DNA of 64,000 nucleotides. Origin: Lophium mytilinum. Taxonomy: Eukaryota. Each line of letters opens with the position of its first letter. Within the stretch, counting starts at the first letter, position 1. Position numbers and translations under genes: made by a program. Positions 46,852-57,347 of the stretch are shown in pieces. The notes under the pieces were generated by a model. The model was not told the DNA's origin. It worked only from the letters and a program-made list of their open reading frames with translations, and searched no databases. Location of the stretch: the NCBI GenBank assembly GCA_010093605.1, contig MU004181.1:2976001-3040000 (forward strand), given 5' to 3'.

Positions 46852-48885
46852 TCAGCCGTCGAACACTCCGTGGTTTAGTTCGACGCCGAAGTCTTTCGCC
46901 ATCGATCTCATGCGTTCTTCAATATCTTCCTCCATTCCCTTGCCCCTCCCGACCATCTGTTTCACCCGTGACCATAGGAAAATGACATCGCTCCCGAGTA
47001 ACACGAGTCTGAAGGTAAGGTGCTTCACCCAGTTACGCCATCGGTCGCTCCATTGCAAGTCCCTTGACTCAGCTAGTGCTCTCGATGCCCACAGGCCAGT
47101 GATCTTGATTCTGTTTACGGGCGATCCAAGGAACTGGTTGTTTCCTTGGACTATACGGAGGTTGCGGGCGATAAAGATTAGTTCGCGTGGCCACTTGGTC
47201 TCGTCGCCTAGGATCTCCTTCAACGCATCGCGGCCTCTTGCTTGCATGCGGAAGGCCTTCTCTCGTTGATCCTTCCCATGCGGTCCATTCCTGATCTCGT
47301 TGATAGTGGAGTTGTCGCCGCCGGTGTACGGTCTCATTAGCGTCATTGACGCGAATATGTCAGGATTGTTGACGCCCCAGCTTTTGACAATGTCTGATAT
47401 TGCTGCGTTGTCGAATGCCAGAAGAGATTTCCAGAACCGTGCATACTGGTGTCGGAAAGTCGGCGACATGTTGATGTAGAGGCCATGATCGATAAGTACA
47501 AGCTCTGGTTGTCCATTAGGTAGGCGGCGAACGAAGATGTTTCCCGGATGGGGATCGCAATGAACGATTCCCCATAGAAACATTTGCGCACTGAAGAGGT
47601 CCACCATGGTCGTCATAACGGTTGTAAGAGAAACGCCGAGGCCACCAGTCCCCTTAGGCCCGCGCCAGGCTGAGCGGTCGGGTTTGAGAGTCTCGTTGGA
47701 CGCAGATGCCTCGGATCCTTTTGGAATATTGGGGTTTGGAGCAGTGGGATTATCCTCTGGGAGTGCCGGAAGTTTTCCACCACCACTTCCCGGACTGCCT
47801 TGTCTCCAGCCGCCTTCCCACTTCCCGCTCATGCCCTCTTTATCCCACAGTCGGATTCCTTCGATCCATTCTGCTGTCATAACTCTCTTGGAGGATAGAT
47901 CACGGTATACCTCAGGAATATACACCCTCCCACATAACCGCTTTTCCCCTGCAACGAGCTCCTTCATCTTTTCGGCGTTGTTCGCCTCGTTTTCAAAATC
48001 CGTTTCCAGCATCAATCGATCTGTGATGTAGGGAACAAAACTGTACATGGGTATATCAAACCACCACGTGTAGATTTTGGCGACCACTTTGTATGACCAA
48101 AGGTCCCATCCAACCTGCCGCGCAATTTCGCGCTTCTGAATCTTGATAGCGACCTCCCTGCCATCCGCCAGTCTCGCCCAATGTACTTGTGCTACACTGG
48201 CCGATGCTCGAGCCCTCTTCTCCATGACGCCTTTGCCAGCTTCTCCTGAGAACGACACTCCAAAAAGCTCCTCTGGGCTTTTCCCAAAATCTTCCCTGAT
48301 CACTTTCTCGACGTCGGCCCACTCATTCTGCGGCGCGTCGTCGAACATCTTCGCAAACATTGCCTGAAACTCGGGAGGCAAGATTGCGCTTTGCATGGCT
48401 ATGGCCTGGCCAATCTTGAGGTACAGTCCACCATTTCCGGCGAGCAGGTCGAACAACCTCTGCGCATTCCTTGCATGTAACGCCTCGATGGAATCGGCGA
48501 AGGGAGGGTGAGCCCGGAAGTTAATCTTGTAATCGATTCCAACTGTCAAGCCGGTTTTGAATGTGCGGAACGAGCGCGTAATGGCCGAAGCGTTGAATTG
48601 CGTGTCGATGGCGTACGCCACGCCTACCGTGGCGGAGAAAAAGAAGAGACGACGAACCCATTTCCGACGGCGAAACGGGGGCTTGATCTTAGGTATGCGT
48701 GGTTTTGGCAGGGAGGCCGGGTCAGGAGGGAGGAGGGGAGAGAATTGCTGGGACTGGATGCGGCGGACGAGTCGCGGCGGGACATGGCTCGGTATAGTGA
48801 AGCGGGCGGTTGAGGATTGTGTCAAGGCGCTGAAAGGACCTTGGCTACGGGGAATTCTGCGCAGCAATGACAGGCCATGGGACAT
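46852..48885 (-). CDS. ABC1/UbiB atypical kinase (Mcp2/ADCK1-like), mitochondrial
   Basis: NGGLYLKIGQ (KxGQ), ASASVAQVH, VAIKIQ, HCDPHPGN, LIDHG; presequence and TM. Confidence 0.92.
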   Translation of the reverse strand: MSHGLSLLRRIPRSQGPFSALTQSSTARFTIPSHVPPRLVRRIQSQQFSPLLPPDPASLPKPRIPKIKPPFRRRKWVRRLFFFSATVGVAYAIDTQFNASAITRSFRTFKTGLTVGIDYKINFRAHPPFADSIEALHARNAQRLFDLLAGNGGLYLKIGQAIAMQSAILPPEFQAMFAKMFDDAPQNEWADVEKVIREDFGKSPEELFGVSFSGEAGKGVMEKRARASASVAQVHWARLADGREVAIKIQKREIARQVGWDLWSYKVVAKIYTWWFDIPMYSFVPYITDRLMLETDFENEANNAEKMKELVAGEKRLCGRVYIPEVYRDLSSKRVMTAEWIEGIRLWDKEGMSGKWEGGWRQGSPGSGGGKLPALPEDNPTAPNPNIPKGSEASASNETLKPDRSAWRGPKGTGGLGVSLTTVMTTMVDLFSAQMFLWGIVHCDPHPGNIFVRRLPNGQPELVLIDHGLYINMSPTFRHQYARFWKSLLAFDNAAISDIVKSWGVNNPDIFASMTLMRPYTGGDNSTINEIRNGPHGKDQREKAFRMQARGRDALKEILGDETKWPRELIFIARNLRIVQGNNQFLGSPVNRIKITGLWASRALAESRDLQWSDRWRNWVKHLTFRLVLLGSDVIFLWSRVKQMVGRGKGMEEDIEERMRSMAKDFGVELNHGVFDG

Positions 48886-49120
48886 CGCTGCGAGAGACCA
48901 AGAGGCGTAGTGGATGAAGGATGAGGAGCGCCATGGTGGAGTAGTAGATGGAATCAACTTAGTGAGGTCGGAGTTATCGATGACGCGCTCCGATATTTTA
49001 GCTGACTTATCAACACTACCTCCGAGCATATTAAATTCAACTTCAGTATAAACGCAAACCCTTCAGCAAATCCTTCAACAAATCTAGAGTCTCCACACTA
49101 CTAGAGCCACCCTTGAAGTC

Positions 49121-49798
49121 ATGTTTAGAGACACAGATGGCGATGCGCCGTCAAACTTCTCTACCGCCTTCACCCCCACAACTCCTCCCTATCCACCCCA
49201 AGGAGTTTCGAACCACGCTCTAGACGACATATACGGCTCTGCACCTGCTTCTCCGACCATTCCCTCCCATGACTCTCTGGCCGAACACCCCGAACTCTCC
49301 AACTCGCAAGCCCACGAAACCCTGTCGGACATTCCGGCGATTCGGAGATCTCACAACAACGCGGGGTACAGAGAGGGCATCTCCGTGAGCAAGGAGAAGT
49401 TCATACAAGAAGGATTCGACGAAGGCTACGCTCTCGGTGCTTGTATAGGCCAAAAAGTGGGGTACATTCTAGGGGTTCTTGAGGGCATTGTTACAGCTCT
49501 TCGGCGGACTTCGTCAGTCGGAAACGGCTGGAGAGATGCACGAGCATTGTTGGAATTAGCTAGGGAAGAATTAAGAGTAGAGGTGCTTCTGGGCACACAA
49601 TGGGTTGACAGCGAGGGGCTGTGGAAATGGGACGTCCCTGGATCCGAGAAAGAGGGTGAAGTAACCTTTATTGAGGTTGCAGACGCACATCCGACTCTGA
49701 AGAGCTGGGTTGGCAATACGGAGAAGGTTGCGCGGGAGTGGCGTATTGATTTGGAAAACATCGAGGGAAGAGAGCAAGAAGAGTCAATTGAATCATGA
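49121..49798 (+). CDS. YAE1: Yae1 (Fe-S assembly adaptor for Rli1)
   Basis: Deca-GX3 pattern HNNAGYREGISVSKEKFIQEGFDEGYALGACIGQKVGYILGVLEG. Confidence 0.85.
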   Translation: MFRDTDGDAPSNFSTAFTPTTPPYPPQGVSNHALDDIYGSAPASPTIPSHDSLAEHPELSNSQAHETLSDIPAIRRSHNNAGYREGISVSKEKFIQEGFDEGYALGACIGQKVGYILGVLEGIVTALRRTSSVGNGWRDARALLELAREELRVEVLLGTQWVDSEGLWKWDVPGSEKEGEVTFIEVADAHPTLKSWVGNTEKVAREWRIDLENIEGREQEESIES

Positions 49799-50684
49799 AA
49801 TTCGCGAGACGGGAAAACGATTTCACGAACCCGCAAGTTGCCTTCAGGCCACTGGGTCCACTACAGACGGCGGTCAGAAACACAACTCGGTACAGAGGCT
49901 CGGCCTCTTCTGCCACCATAGCGGTGCACTTCTCTAGAAAACTGGGAATATGGTAAGTTCGCTGATGCAGTGCGGAGTCCACAAGACTTCATTCACTCGG
50001 TCAAGCTGACTGCGCAGTCAAGTTTTGCAAGTAGGGGAAAACCTTGGTCGGGAAGGGCTCTATGAGCGCTCCATTTCCCTATAACATAAGAGCCAAAAAT
50101 CTGCAATGGGAAACCCCATAGCCGACATACGAAAGCAAGGCTTCGTAGACGATGCGACCATCAAGTGCGAAACCGAAATCGTGGTACACTGCTAACGCGT
50201 GGGACTGATTGCTCGAGGTTCCTGCGCCTTAGAGGCAAGTAATGACCTATCTGCTTCACCTTTTCAAAGCGCCTGTGCGTCTCTCAAATAGCCACATGAT
50301 GACTTCTTCAGTACTAAACTGTATCAAACATTTTTGGTCTTTCAAATGTAATCAGAAGAATGCACAATGTGCATCTAGAGCCCTTTCATGGACTTAGACC
50401 TCAAACAAAATCTCAAACGCAAATGCGAACAACAGAAAAACTCATAATGAAAGCCACAGAAATGCAAAATCACGAAAACACAAACGCCAAAATGAATGCA
50501 CGCGTCTCGGTTCTTTCCGAAAAGTCGGACTCTACAAGCCGGTTGGTGATGCCCAACCTCACTTACTCCCTCAAGCAGTGGTCTTTTCAGTCGCTTCGCC
50601 CACTTCTTGCGTCAAGTACCGTCAGATACCAACCGCCGAACAACGCGAAGCTTCTAGGACACGGTCCGGGCGAAGCCCGATGGG

Positions 50685-50780
50685 GTTTCGGTATAGGTTT
50701 TCCTTCCTTTTCGACGGTTTTTGGAATAGGTTTCCCTTCCTTTCCGATGGGTTTTTGGTCTAGGTTTTCCTTGCTTTCCA
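50685..50780. repeat. Three-copy 33/34-nt tandem repeat
   Basis: taggttt.cctt.cttt at 50694, 50727 and 50761; two units read KEGKPIPK on the minus strand. Confidence 0.75.
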
Positions 50781-50949
50781 AGCATGAAGGTTTGCGTCCA
50801 GCCGTATCAGCCGTGACCAATGGCAGTGGGGTGGAGCCCTTCTGCCGGGAGTGTGTGTTCGGTTTCTGGCCGTGCCGAGGCGTACAGGATTTTCGTGTTG
50901 TATTCCTTGCTGGAGATCTCAACTTCAAAATGGCTTTCGCAAGGTCCCT

Positions 50950-52509
50950 TCAATCCTCATTCCGGACCCACTTCTTGGCTTTTGCAACCATCTTTTTCTC
51001 ATCGTCTTCCCCAAACCTCTCTTCGTCGTCGCACCAGAGATTGTAAGGAACCTCGTCAGGGTCTTCGCCGATGAGCGGAGTGATTGCGAGCTTCTTCCGA
51101 TTTGGAAGCCGCCCCTTCTCTCGCAGCCCTGTGAGTAGTTCGGCGATTTTAAACGAGTCCTTGAACTCGCGCCGGGTTCCCCAGTTCCAGGCGTGGATGA
51201 CCAACGTAATCGACTTCAACGTTGGCAGAGTTTTGTAGTGCCGAAGCAGCTCATCGATCTCATCGCGTACCAAATTGCGACCGCTGGTTACCAAGAATTC
51301 GCGCCAGTATGGCTCCGTCCAGTCGCAGTACACCTTGATGTGCCGGAGGGATGCTTTCTGGTCCCGGGGCATTTCTTTCATGACCTTGAGGCACCCAGCG
51401 ATCTTCGGAAATGAGATCACATTTGCCTTTATGTGCAGACTGTTTGATTGCTGGGAGACGGCATTGCTGATGTTCTCTAGCACTGTCGTTCGTTTCGAGC
51501 CATTCATGTTGACGAATGTCTTGCTTATGGGGTCATAACGAAGTCCTTCCGGCTTGTGGACGACATTAGCAAAGATTAAGTCGCGGATCTCTTGCGGAAC
51601 TCGATGCATTAAGGTCGAGAACGTCTTCACGTTATTCTTCCTAGTGACCGGTCTCTTTATCCGACGTTGGGATTCTTCAATCGCCTTCAACTCTGCCTCA
51701 TCACGCATGACCCTCTTGCGAGAAATGAGAGGTTGGGGAAGCTGTGAAGGAAAGAAGCGGCGGAATCGGTCCTCGCATGTGGTTCGTCGTTTGGCTGGGG
51801 GCAGACTGGAGCGCTGTTGGATCTCGAAGCTGTCTCGACGTCGCTTCGCCAGCCCGCGATATACCTCATATCGAGGCAAATTCATGTTCTCATCATTCGC
51901 AAGTGCCGACTTTTTTGACTCCGAATGACTCTGGGTCTCAGTGGCCGATTGAATGGGTGGGCAATTGTAGCCGCCGAAACCGTACACCAGTCTCGCATCG
52001 TGCGTCGCAAAGTTCGCGAATAGGTAGGTAACCGGCCGGTTTCTGTTTACCGTTATTCCTCACTCATCACCCTTGATCAATAGACGTACGCGTTCAAATC
52101 AGACAAAACTCCCATGACTCCGGGCTCTGGCTCCTCCAAATTCAAAATCGACAGCCTATGAGCGATTAGCAAGAGCGAGGAGAGAGCAAGCCGTGTGTGT
52201 CATCAAGAAAGAGTGCAGTGTATGGCGAGACCTGCCTCTCAGAAAGCTCATCGATGAGCATCTCGATAGGGTCTGGTTCTGCGATACGCAGCTTCAAGAT
52301 TCTGTAGACGATTAGCAAGAGTTGGTATAACAAATGCCGGTCTGATGAGGCCATGTTAGTGCAGCGCATCGCGGGACATGCCTCTTAGATAGCTCGTCCA
52401 TGGATATATCCAACAGAGCAGGCGTCTCCTCGAGGTTGCGACCGGCAAGACGTCGTCTTTTGCGCGACTGGGAGGTTTCATCGCTGCGCGCGCGCTTCAG
52501 GTTAGGCAT
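50950..52509 (-). CDS. Lineage-specific protein with NLS and F-box-like motif; four exons, two GC-AG introns
   Basis: Exons 52509-52382, 52301-52236, 52155-52090 and 52042-50950 join in frame; RKRRR, KRRR and PAKRR basic motifs; TLMHRVPQEIRDLIFANVV. Confidence 0.65.
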
Positions 52510-53335
52510 GGTGGTGGTGGATGCCAGGTCGATGGGCAGGCTGGGGAACGAGCGGATCGGTGTTGGCATTGCGCACAGTGTGCGTGGTGGAAGGAAAAGA
52601 ATTGGAGAGTGTTTGCGCGGCTATATTTATGGGCGCGCGAGAAGAGTCGCCAGATGAATCTTCCCGGCAGGCAGACGCCTTCCACTGTTTACAAGTCGCC
52701 TGGCGTGGATTTCGTCATGAAATTGGGTCGCAGAGGAGCGGACGCGCAAGGTGAATGCACAATCTTTGTTTACTCATTCTTTTCTCCGTTTCATCATGAT
52801 GAAATCTACATTGTAAAGAAGATCGCGAGATTGTTGGCTAAAAGTTATATATGACTGATTTCGATTTCGGATATAAGATTACAACGAGGTCTCTTACGAA
52901 TTGGGCGAGCATTAAACGGCCACCAGATTACCTACGTCCTAGGTATCTACTGGGATATGTGGGAATATGGGCATACTTATTCACCACTATCCAAGACATT
53001 CTTGGTATCATCCCAACTCTATTCTTTTATCTCCTATGTAGTCAAAGAGCAAACGTGTCCACAGGCTGCCTTTTGACTAACTAGCAATCTGCTAGCTGGG
53101 GTACTCCTCACAGCGGTGTCAAGCTAGCAAAAGACAAGCCCAAGAAGGTAGCATATTCACGCAACGTATTTCAGAAGTCCAAGCATGAGGTCAAGATTAT
53201 TGCAGTCGGAATTAGATTACCTCTCGACTAGCTAGCTACCCGCTACTTGAAGTGCTCCTCACAGTGACATCGAAAGAGCAAGAGTGGAGCCAGATGAAGG
53301 GTATATTTATGTGACTAGACTCAAGACCTCATAAT

Positions 53336-54556
53336 TTACTCCTCCATATCCTCGTACCACTGCTCAACTTTCTCCATGACCTGCTCAGGGAGCCCAGACT
53401 CGTCCATCCCCGCTCCTTCAAGGATTGCATTGCTGTGGAAGAGATAGTAGTCCTTGAAAATATCCCACAATTCCTGGGCTTTCGCATTCTTCGTAGAAGG
53501 TCGAGGAGTATACGGCGAGTTTCTGATCAATGCGGCACCCGCAGCTTGCGCTCCATCTTCATCCAGTTCGAGGGGTTCGCAGCGTCCGAAGTCCAGAACA
53601 ATCAGCTTCATTGCGCGGTGCTGGAAGTCTAGGATGCCCTCTTCAGGTTTGGTGACCGAAGTGCCCAGAACAAATTCGATGTCGTCGCCATCAATCTTCG
53701 CCGCCCAATGGATAACCGCATATGCCCCAGCTAGCACCTTCGCAAACACATCCAGTTCCAGCCCTAGTGTCTCCATCATGTCGGCGTAGAGAGGGAAATT
53801 TCGTAGATTGAAGACAGCTGGGTCTCTGGGAGCACCGATAGGACGTTGGAGGATGCCGTCTGGAGACTGGGTGCTGTGCTCGCCTGTATAGACTCTGGCC
53901 AGACATTGCTTTTGTTGCTGGGAGAGTTTGAGAGATGCCGCCTGGTTGGAAAGTGGAGGGGGTAGGAAGTGGTCGATCAAAGCGTGTCGCACAACTCTAG
54001 GAAGGGGAAGGATCCGCTCCATAACGAGTACACCTGTGGGCTTTTGGTGGGCGGAAGGGAACTGGGTTGCGTGGGCAGCCCACCAATCTTTTCCCGCTTC
54101 GCTGCGAGGGTCGACGAAGTCGAAGGCTTTGGGCAGTTGAACGAATTTGACCATGTCCGGGAAGGTGTCCCAAGCTTTTCGGAGTTTCTGGTAGCTTTCG
54201 AACTCAGTTTCCAGATGTTCCGTATTATCGCTGCCATTGTGGGCCCGTTTGTAGACTATGTCGGTGCCACTGAGGCCATAGCAGGTAGCCTGAAGTCCTT
54301 GGCCGATGTGCTCGAGGACGATTTGGGAGCTGTTGTGGGCGACTTGTTGTCGAGTGGCAAAAGAGGAGGTAGTCGAGATGGTAGAACGGATGGAGAGGCA
54401 TCTGTTCAGAATCTGTAAGGCTGGCATGACCTTCAAATTCTGCTCTTGGAGGAGGCGTGACACAAGCTGGTCAGCTAAAGCAGCATTTGCAGCCAGAGAG
54501 GATGCCACAGAGGCCGTAGAGTCATCTGTACGGCTTTGATTGCGACGGGAAGCCAT
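53336..54556 (-). CDS. DUF3669-like protein with atypical kinase-like motifs
   Basis: IGQG, LVMERILPLP, CLARVYTG, FNLRNFPL, IHWAAKIDGDDIEFVLG, VLDFG, PYTPRP; intronless. Confidence 0.75.
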   Translation of the reverse strand: MASRRNQSRTDDSTASVASSLAANAALADQLVSRLLQEQNLKVMPALQILNRCLSIRSTISTTSSFATRQQVAHNSSQIVLEHIGQGLQATCYGLSGTDIVYKRAHNGSDNTEHLETEFESYQKLRKAWDTFPDMVKFVQLPKAFDFVDPRSEAGKDWWAAHATQFPSAHQKPTGVLVMERILPLPRVVRHALIDHFLPPPLSNQAASLKLSQQQKQCLARVYTGEHSTQSPDGILQRPIGAPRDPAVFNLRNFPLYADMMETLGLELDVFAKVLAGAYAVIHWAAKIDGDDIEFVLGTSVTKPEEGILDFQHRAMKLIVLDFGRCEPLELDEDGAQAAGAALIRNSPYTPRPSTKNAKAQELWDIFKDYYLFHSNAILEGAGMDESGLPEQVMEKVEQWYEDMEE

Positions 54557-55263
54557 GATAGGTGAAGAAGGTTTGTCCAAATGGTGAAGAGGTTTTGTGG
54601 AGGTGTAGGTGCGAAAGTGAGGTCCAAATGAGGTTATATAGTCGTAAGCGAGGTCGCTCTGACTCACACTAAGCCTAATGTGGCTAGACTAGTCAGATCT
54701 CGGACTAGTAGAAGACGCCGTCTGAGGTGGCTCAGCAAGCTTCCAGATCGTCCAAAAGGATGGGTTTTAAGTTGTAGAGAGCAAGTGGAGGCACCCTTGA
54801 CAGTGGTAAAGTATGGCACACCACACTAAAGCCTTACGTTCAACCATGATACTTGCCATCATCGGTCCCCCATCTCGTGAAGACTACGATCACGTGACCG
54901 AGACTCGAAAACGAACTCAATGTTGCAGCGTGCTCTCTTGGACGATGTCCTTCCATTGATATATATTTCCTAGGTGCTTAATCCATACTCGGTCGTGAAG
55001 CTATCATGTGGCTATCTTTGTGGATGTGTCTTTTATCATGACCCCACCTAGCCAAGCCGTTTGCTGTGCCGCAATACTCAATTCATGTCATGCTGCAACG
55101 TCTCCAGAAATCAAAGTTCCCGCTTTTAGATGAGTCTAATCATTCCTGCAATTCATAGAATCTGTCTTTTCATTACCTACTACGATACCTCATCCCAGCA
55201 TTCGCCAGTTGGGTTAATCGCCAATACTACTCTGCCACTACTATTGATAACCCGAGAGTACCT

Positions 55264-56041
55264 ATGGCTTCAAAACCTCCAAAGCGCAAGGAAATCCTAA
55301 TTGCGCTTCTCGGTGTGCACAATACAGGCAAGAGGTGCATTGTTGAGCGTGTCAGTCGAAACTCGCTGTCTTCTCACACCCCAAGCATTGCTGATATATC
55401 ATACCAACAGTTTGTCCAGTCCTTGTACTGTGAAGAACCTCAATAAGATCCCACTGAGCCGGGCTCGAGGCGACAACGTCTTATAGCTGGTGAGCTCTGC
55501 GTGATCGATATCTAGAACGCATGGGCGACCAGTGAAGAAGCGCTCAACGATTTGTTCAAACGTATGACCACCGGTGCAGACGCGCTCATGCTTGTGTTTG
55601 ATGTGGGCAAACGCGAAACGCTAGTCGAGCTTATGGACAACTATCCGACCATTCAACACTTCTTAGATAACGCGGATCGGTGGTGTCATGTTGTACCTAA
55701 TCGTTGGTACGAAAGCGGATATTCCAGTAGAGGAACGCGAAGTTAGCGTGGACGAGGGCAGGGAGATCGCAAGAAGTATAGGTGCGACATATGGGGAGTG
55801 TTCAGCGAAGGAGGCGATCGGGGTAGACGAGCTGATGGACGATGTTGCTAAGGTAGTCCTGGCGGAGAGGGAGAGGGTGCGAGTTCTGGCGGAGAAGGAG
55901 AGTCTGCGAGTACTAGCGCTGAAGGAGAAACATGAAGATCTAACAAGAGTGAGTGGGAAACCAGGGAAAAAGTTCCGGCAGAAGCTTCAAGGATGGCTGA
56001 GACTAGGGAGTGCAAGACGCAAGGGAGTGTCCTGCGAATGA
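55264..56041 (+). pseudogene. Ras-like small GTPase, disrupted
   Basis: IALLGVHNTGK (G1), *DPT (G2), LMLVFDV, LIVGTKAD (G4), REVSVDEG, ECSAK (G5). In-frame stops at 55444 and 55513 and a frameshift near 55685. Confidence 0.8.
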
Positions 56042-56483
56042 GACAGATATTTTGAGCATAGGTGTGAAATGGAGATGTCTGCACCGTATAAAAGTCACAA
56101 GAACGAAAGCAATACTAAAGCTATAGAAAGAATTAAAGAAAAAGCACGCTCTGCTGTGGTGCTGACGTTGGAGACCCGAGAGAAGCGGAAGACATATAAT
56201 TTAGGAGAGACGGAGATTGGCATCTACATAATTTGAGTTTCCACCGTTTTTTAAACATTAGAGATTTTTTCAAGGTTCGCAGAGGGCAAATGTAATATAG
56301 GTGTCAAAGGTCAGGGAAATGACCTTAAGCTTTGCGCTATGTGCTCCTCATCTATCATATCGAAGGCGTTTGCATATAACTGGCACGAACAGAAATTAAC
56401 GAAGGAATTGTCAAAACTCAACCACTATTGGATAGAAGTAGGACATTGAACCTATTTGAGGTGATGTTGCAGAGGAAGGTGAG

Positions 56484-56993
56484 TCAAGATGTAGATTGAG
56501 CGCCACCGGCATCGAAGCCCCCTAATTCTCTATTTGAGGACTGAAGCTTCACAGTCTCTCTGGTCCAATTGCGCCGTTTGAGCATGCGAGAGACGGTGGC
56601 CTGTGAAACCTCAACACCATGCTCTTCGCCCAGCCACTTGACAATCTCATCTTGGTCTTTCCATCCCTCTTCTAACAACCACTGGAAGACCCTATCCTCA
56701 TCCGCTTGAGAGAGCTTAAGAGGCCGTCCGGATTTCGCGAGTCGTGGTTTGACCGCAGCGCCATATCGCACTAAGTTCTGATGCGTCTTGTACACAGTCG
56801 TCGGTGATACCCTAACCCGTGTGGCAATTTCTGCCGCAGGCCAACCCAGCAGGAGATGTCGTACTATTTCAAGGCGTTGAGACTCGGAAACCGGGGTCTG
56901 AGTGCCGCCACGCGTTCGAGCGTTAGGGGACGGGAAGGGCTCCCGTGCGAGGCTCACTGGACACCAGAAAAAGGTCAGTAGGAAGGACTTCAA
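56484..56993 (-). mobile_element. Tc1/mariner (IS630)-type transposase N-terminal HTH remnant without a DDE domain
   Basis: AAEIATRVRVSPTTVYK (HTH1), GRPLKL linker, DEIVKWL.EEHGVEVSQATVSRMLKRRNWTR (HTH2); stops before the catalytic domain; no TIRs recognised. Confidence 0.65.
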
Positions 56994-57347
56994 TATGCGC
57001 GAATAACCTCACTTCTCGTTGTTAAGGAAAGGTTGAAGAGTAGACATTAATTAGGTGGTGTCCCACGATTCTCGTACAAACTTTGGTGAGGAACGCGGAG
57101 AACAAAGCGCCAAGGATTTTCTCGCTATTTTGCATATCCAACGGGACACGAGAGTCGATTTTAGCCTGAATCCATGAGTACCTGACTGCATCGCGGCTCC
57201 ATGGATAGAGCTTCACGGAGGTGCTGCCCCCGTTGTACACAATACTAGGTAGCTGCATGCTTTAAGACAACCCCTTCCTATGAATATGGAGAAACGCTTC
57301 GTCTCCAGCTTTGCTATTCAATCACGTAGCACAACACACAACACTCA

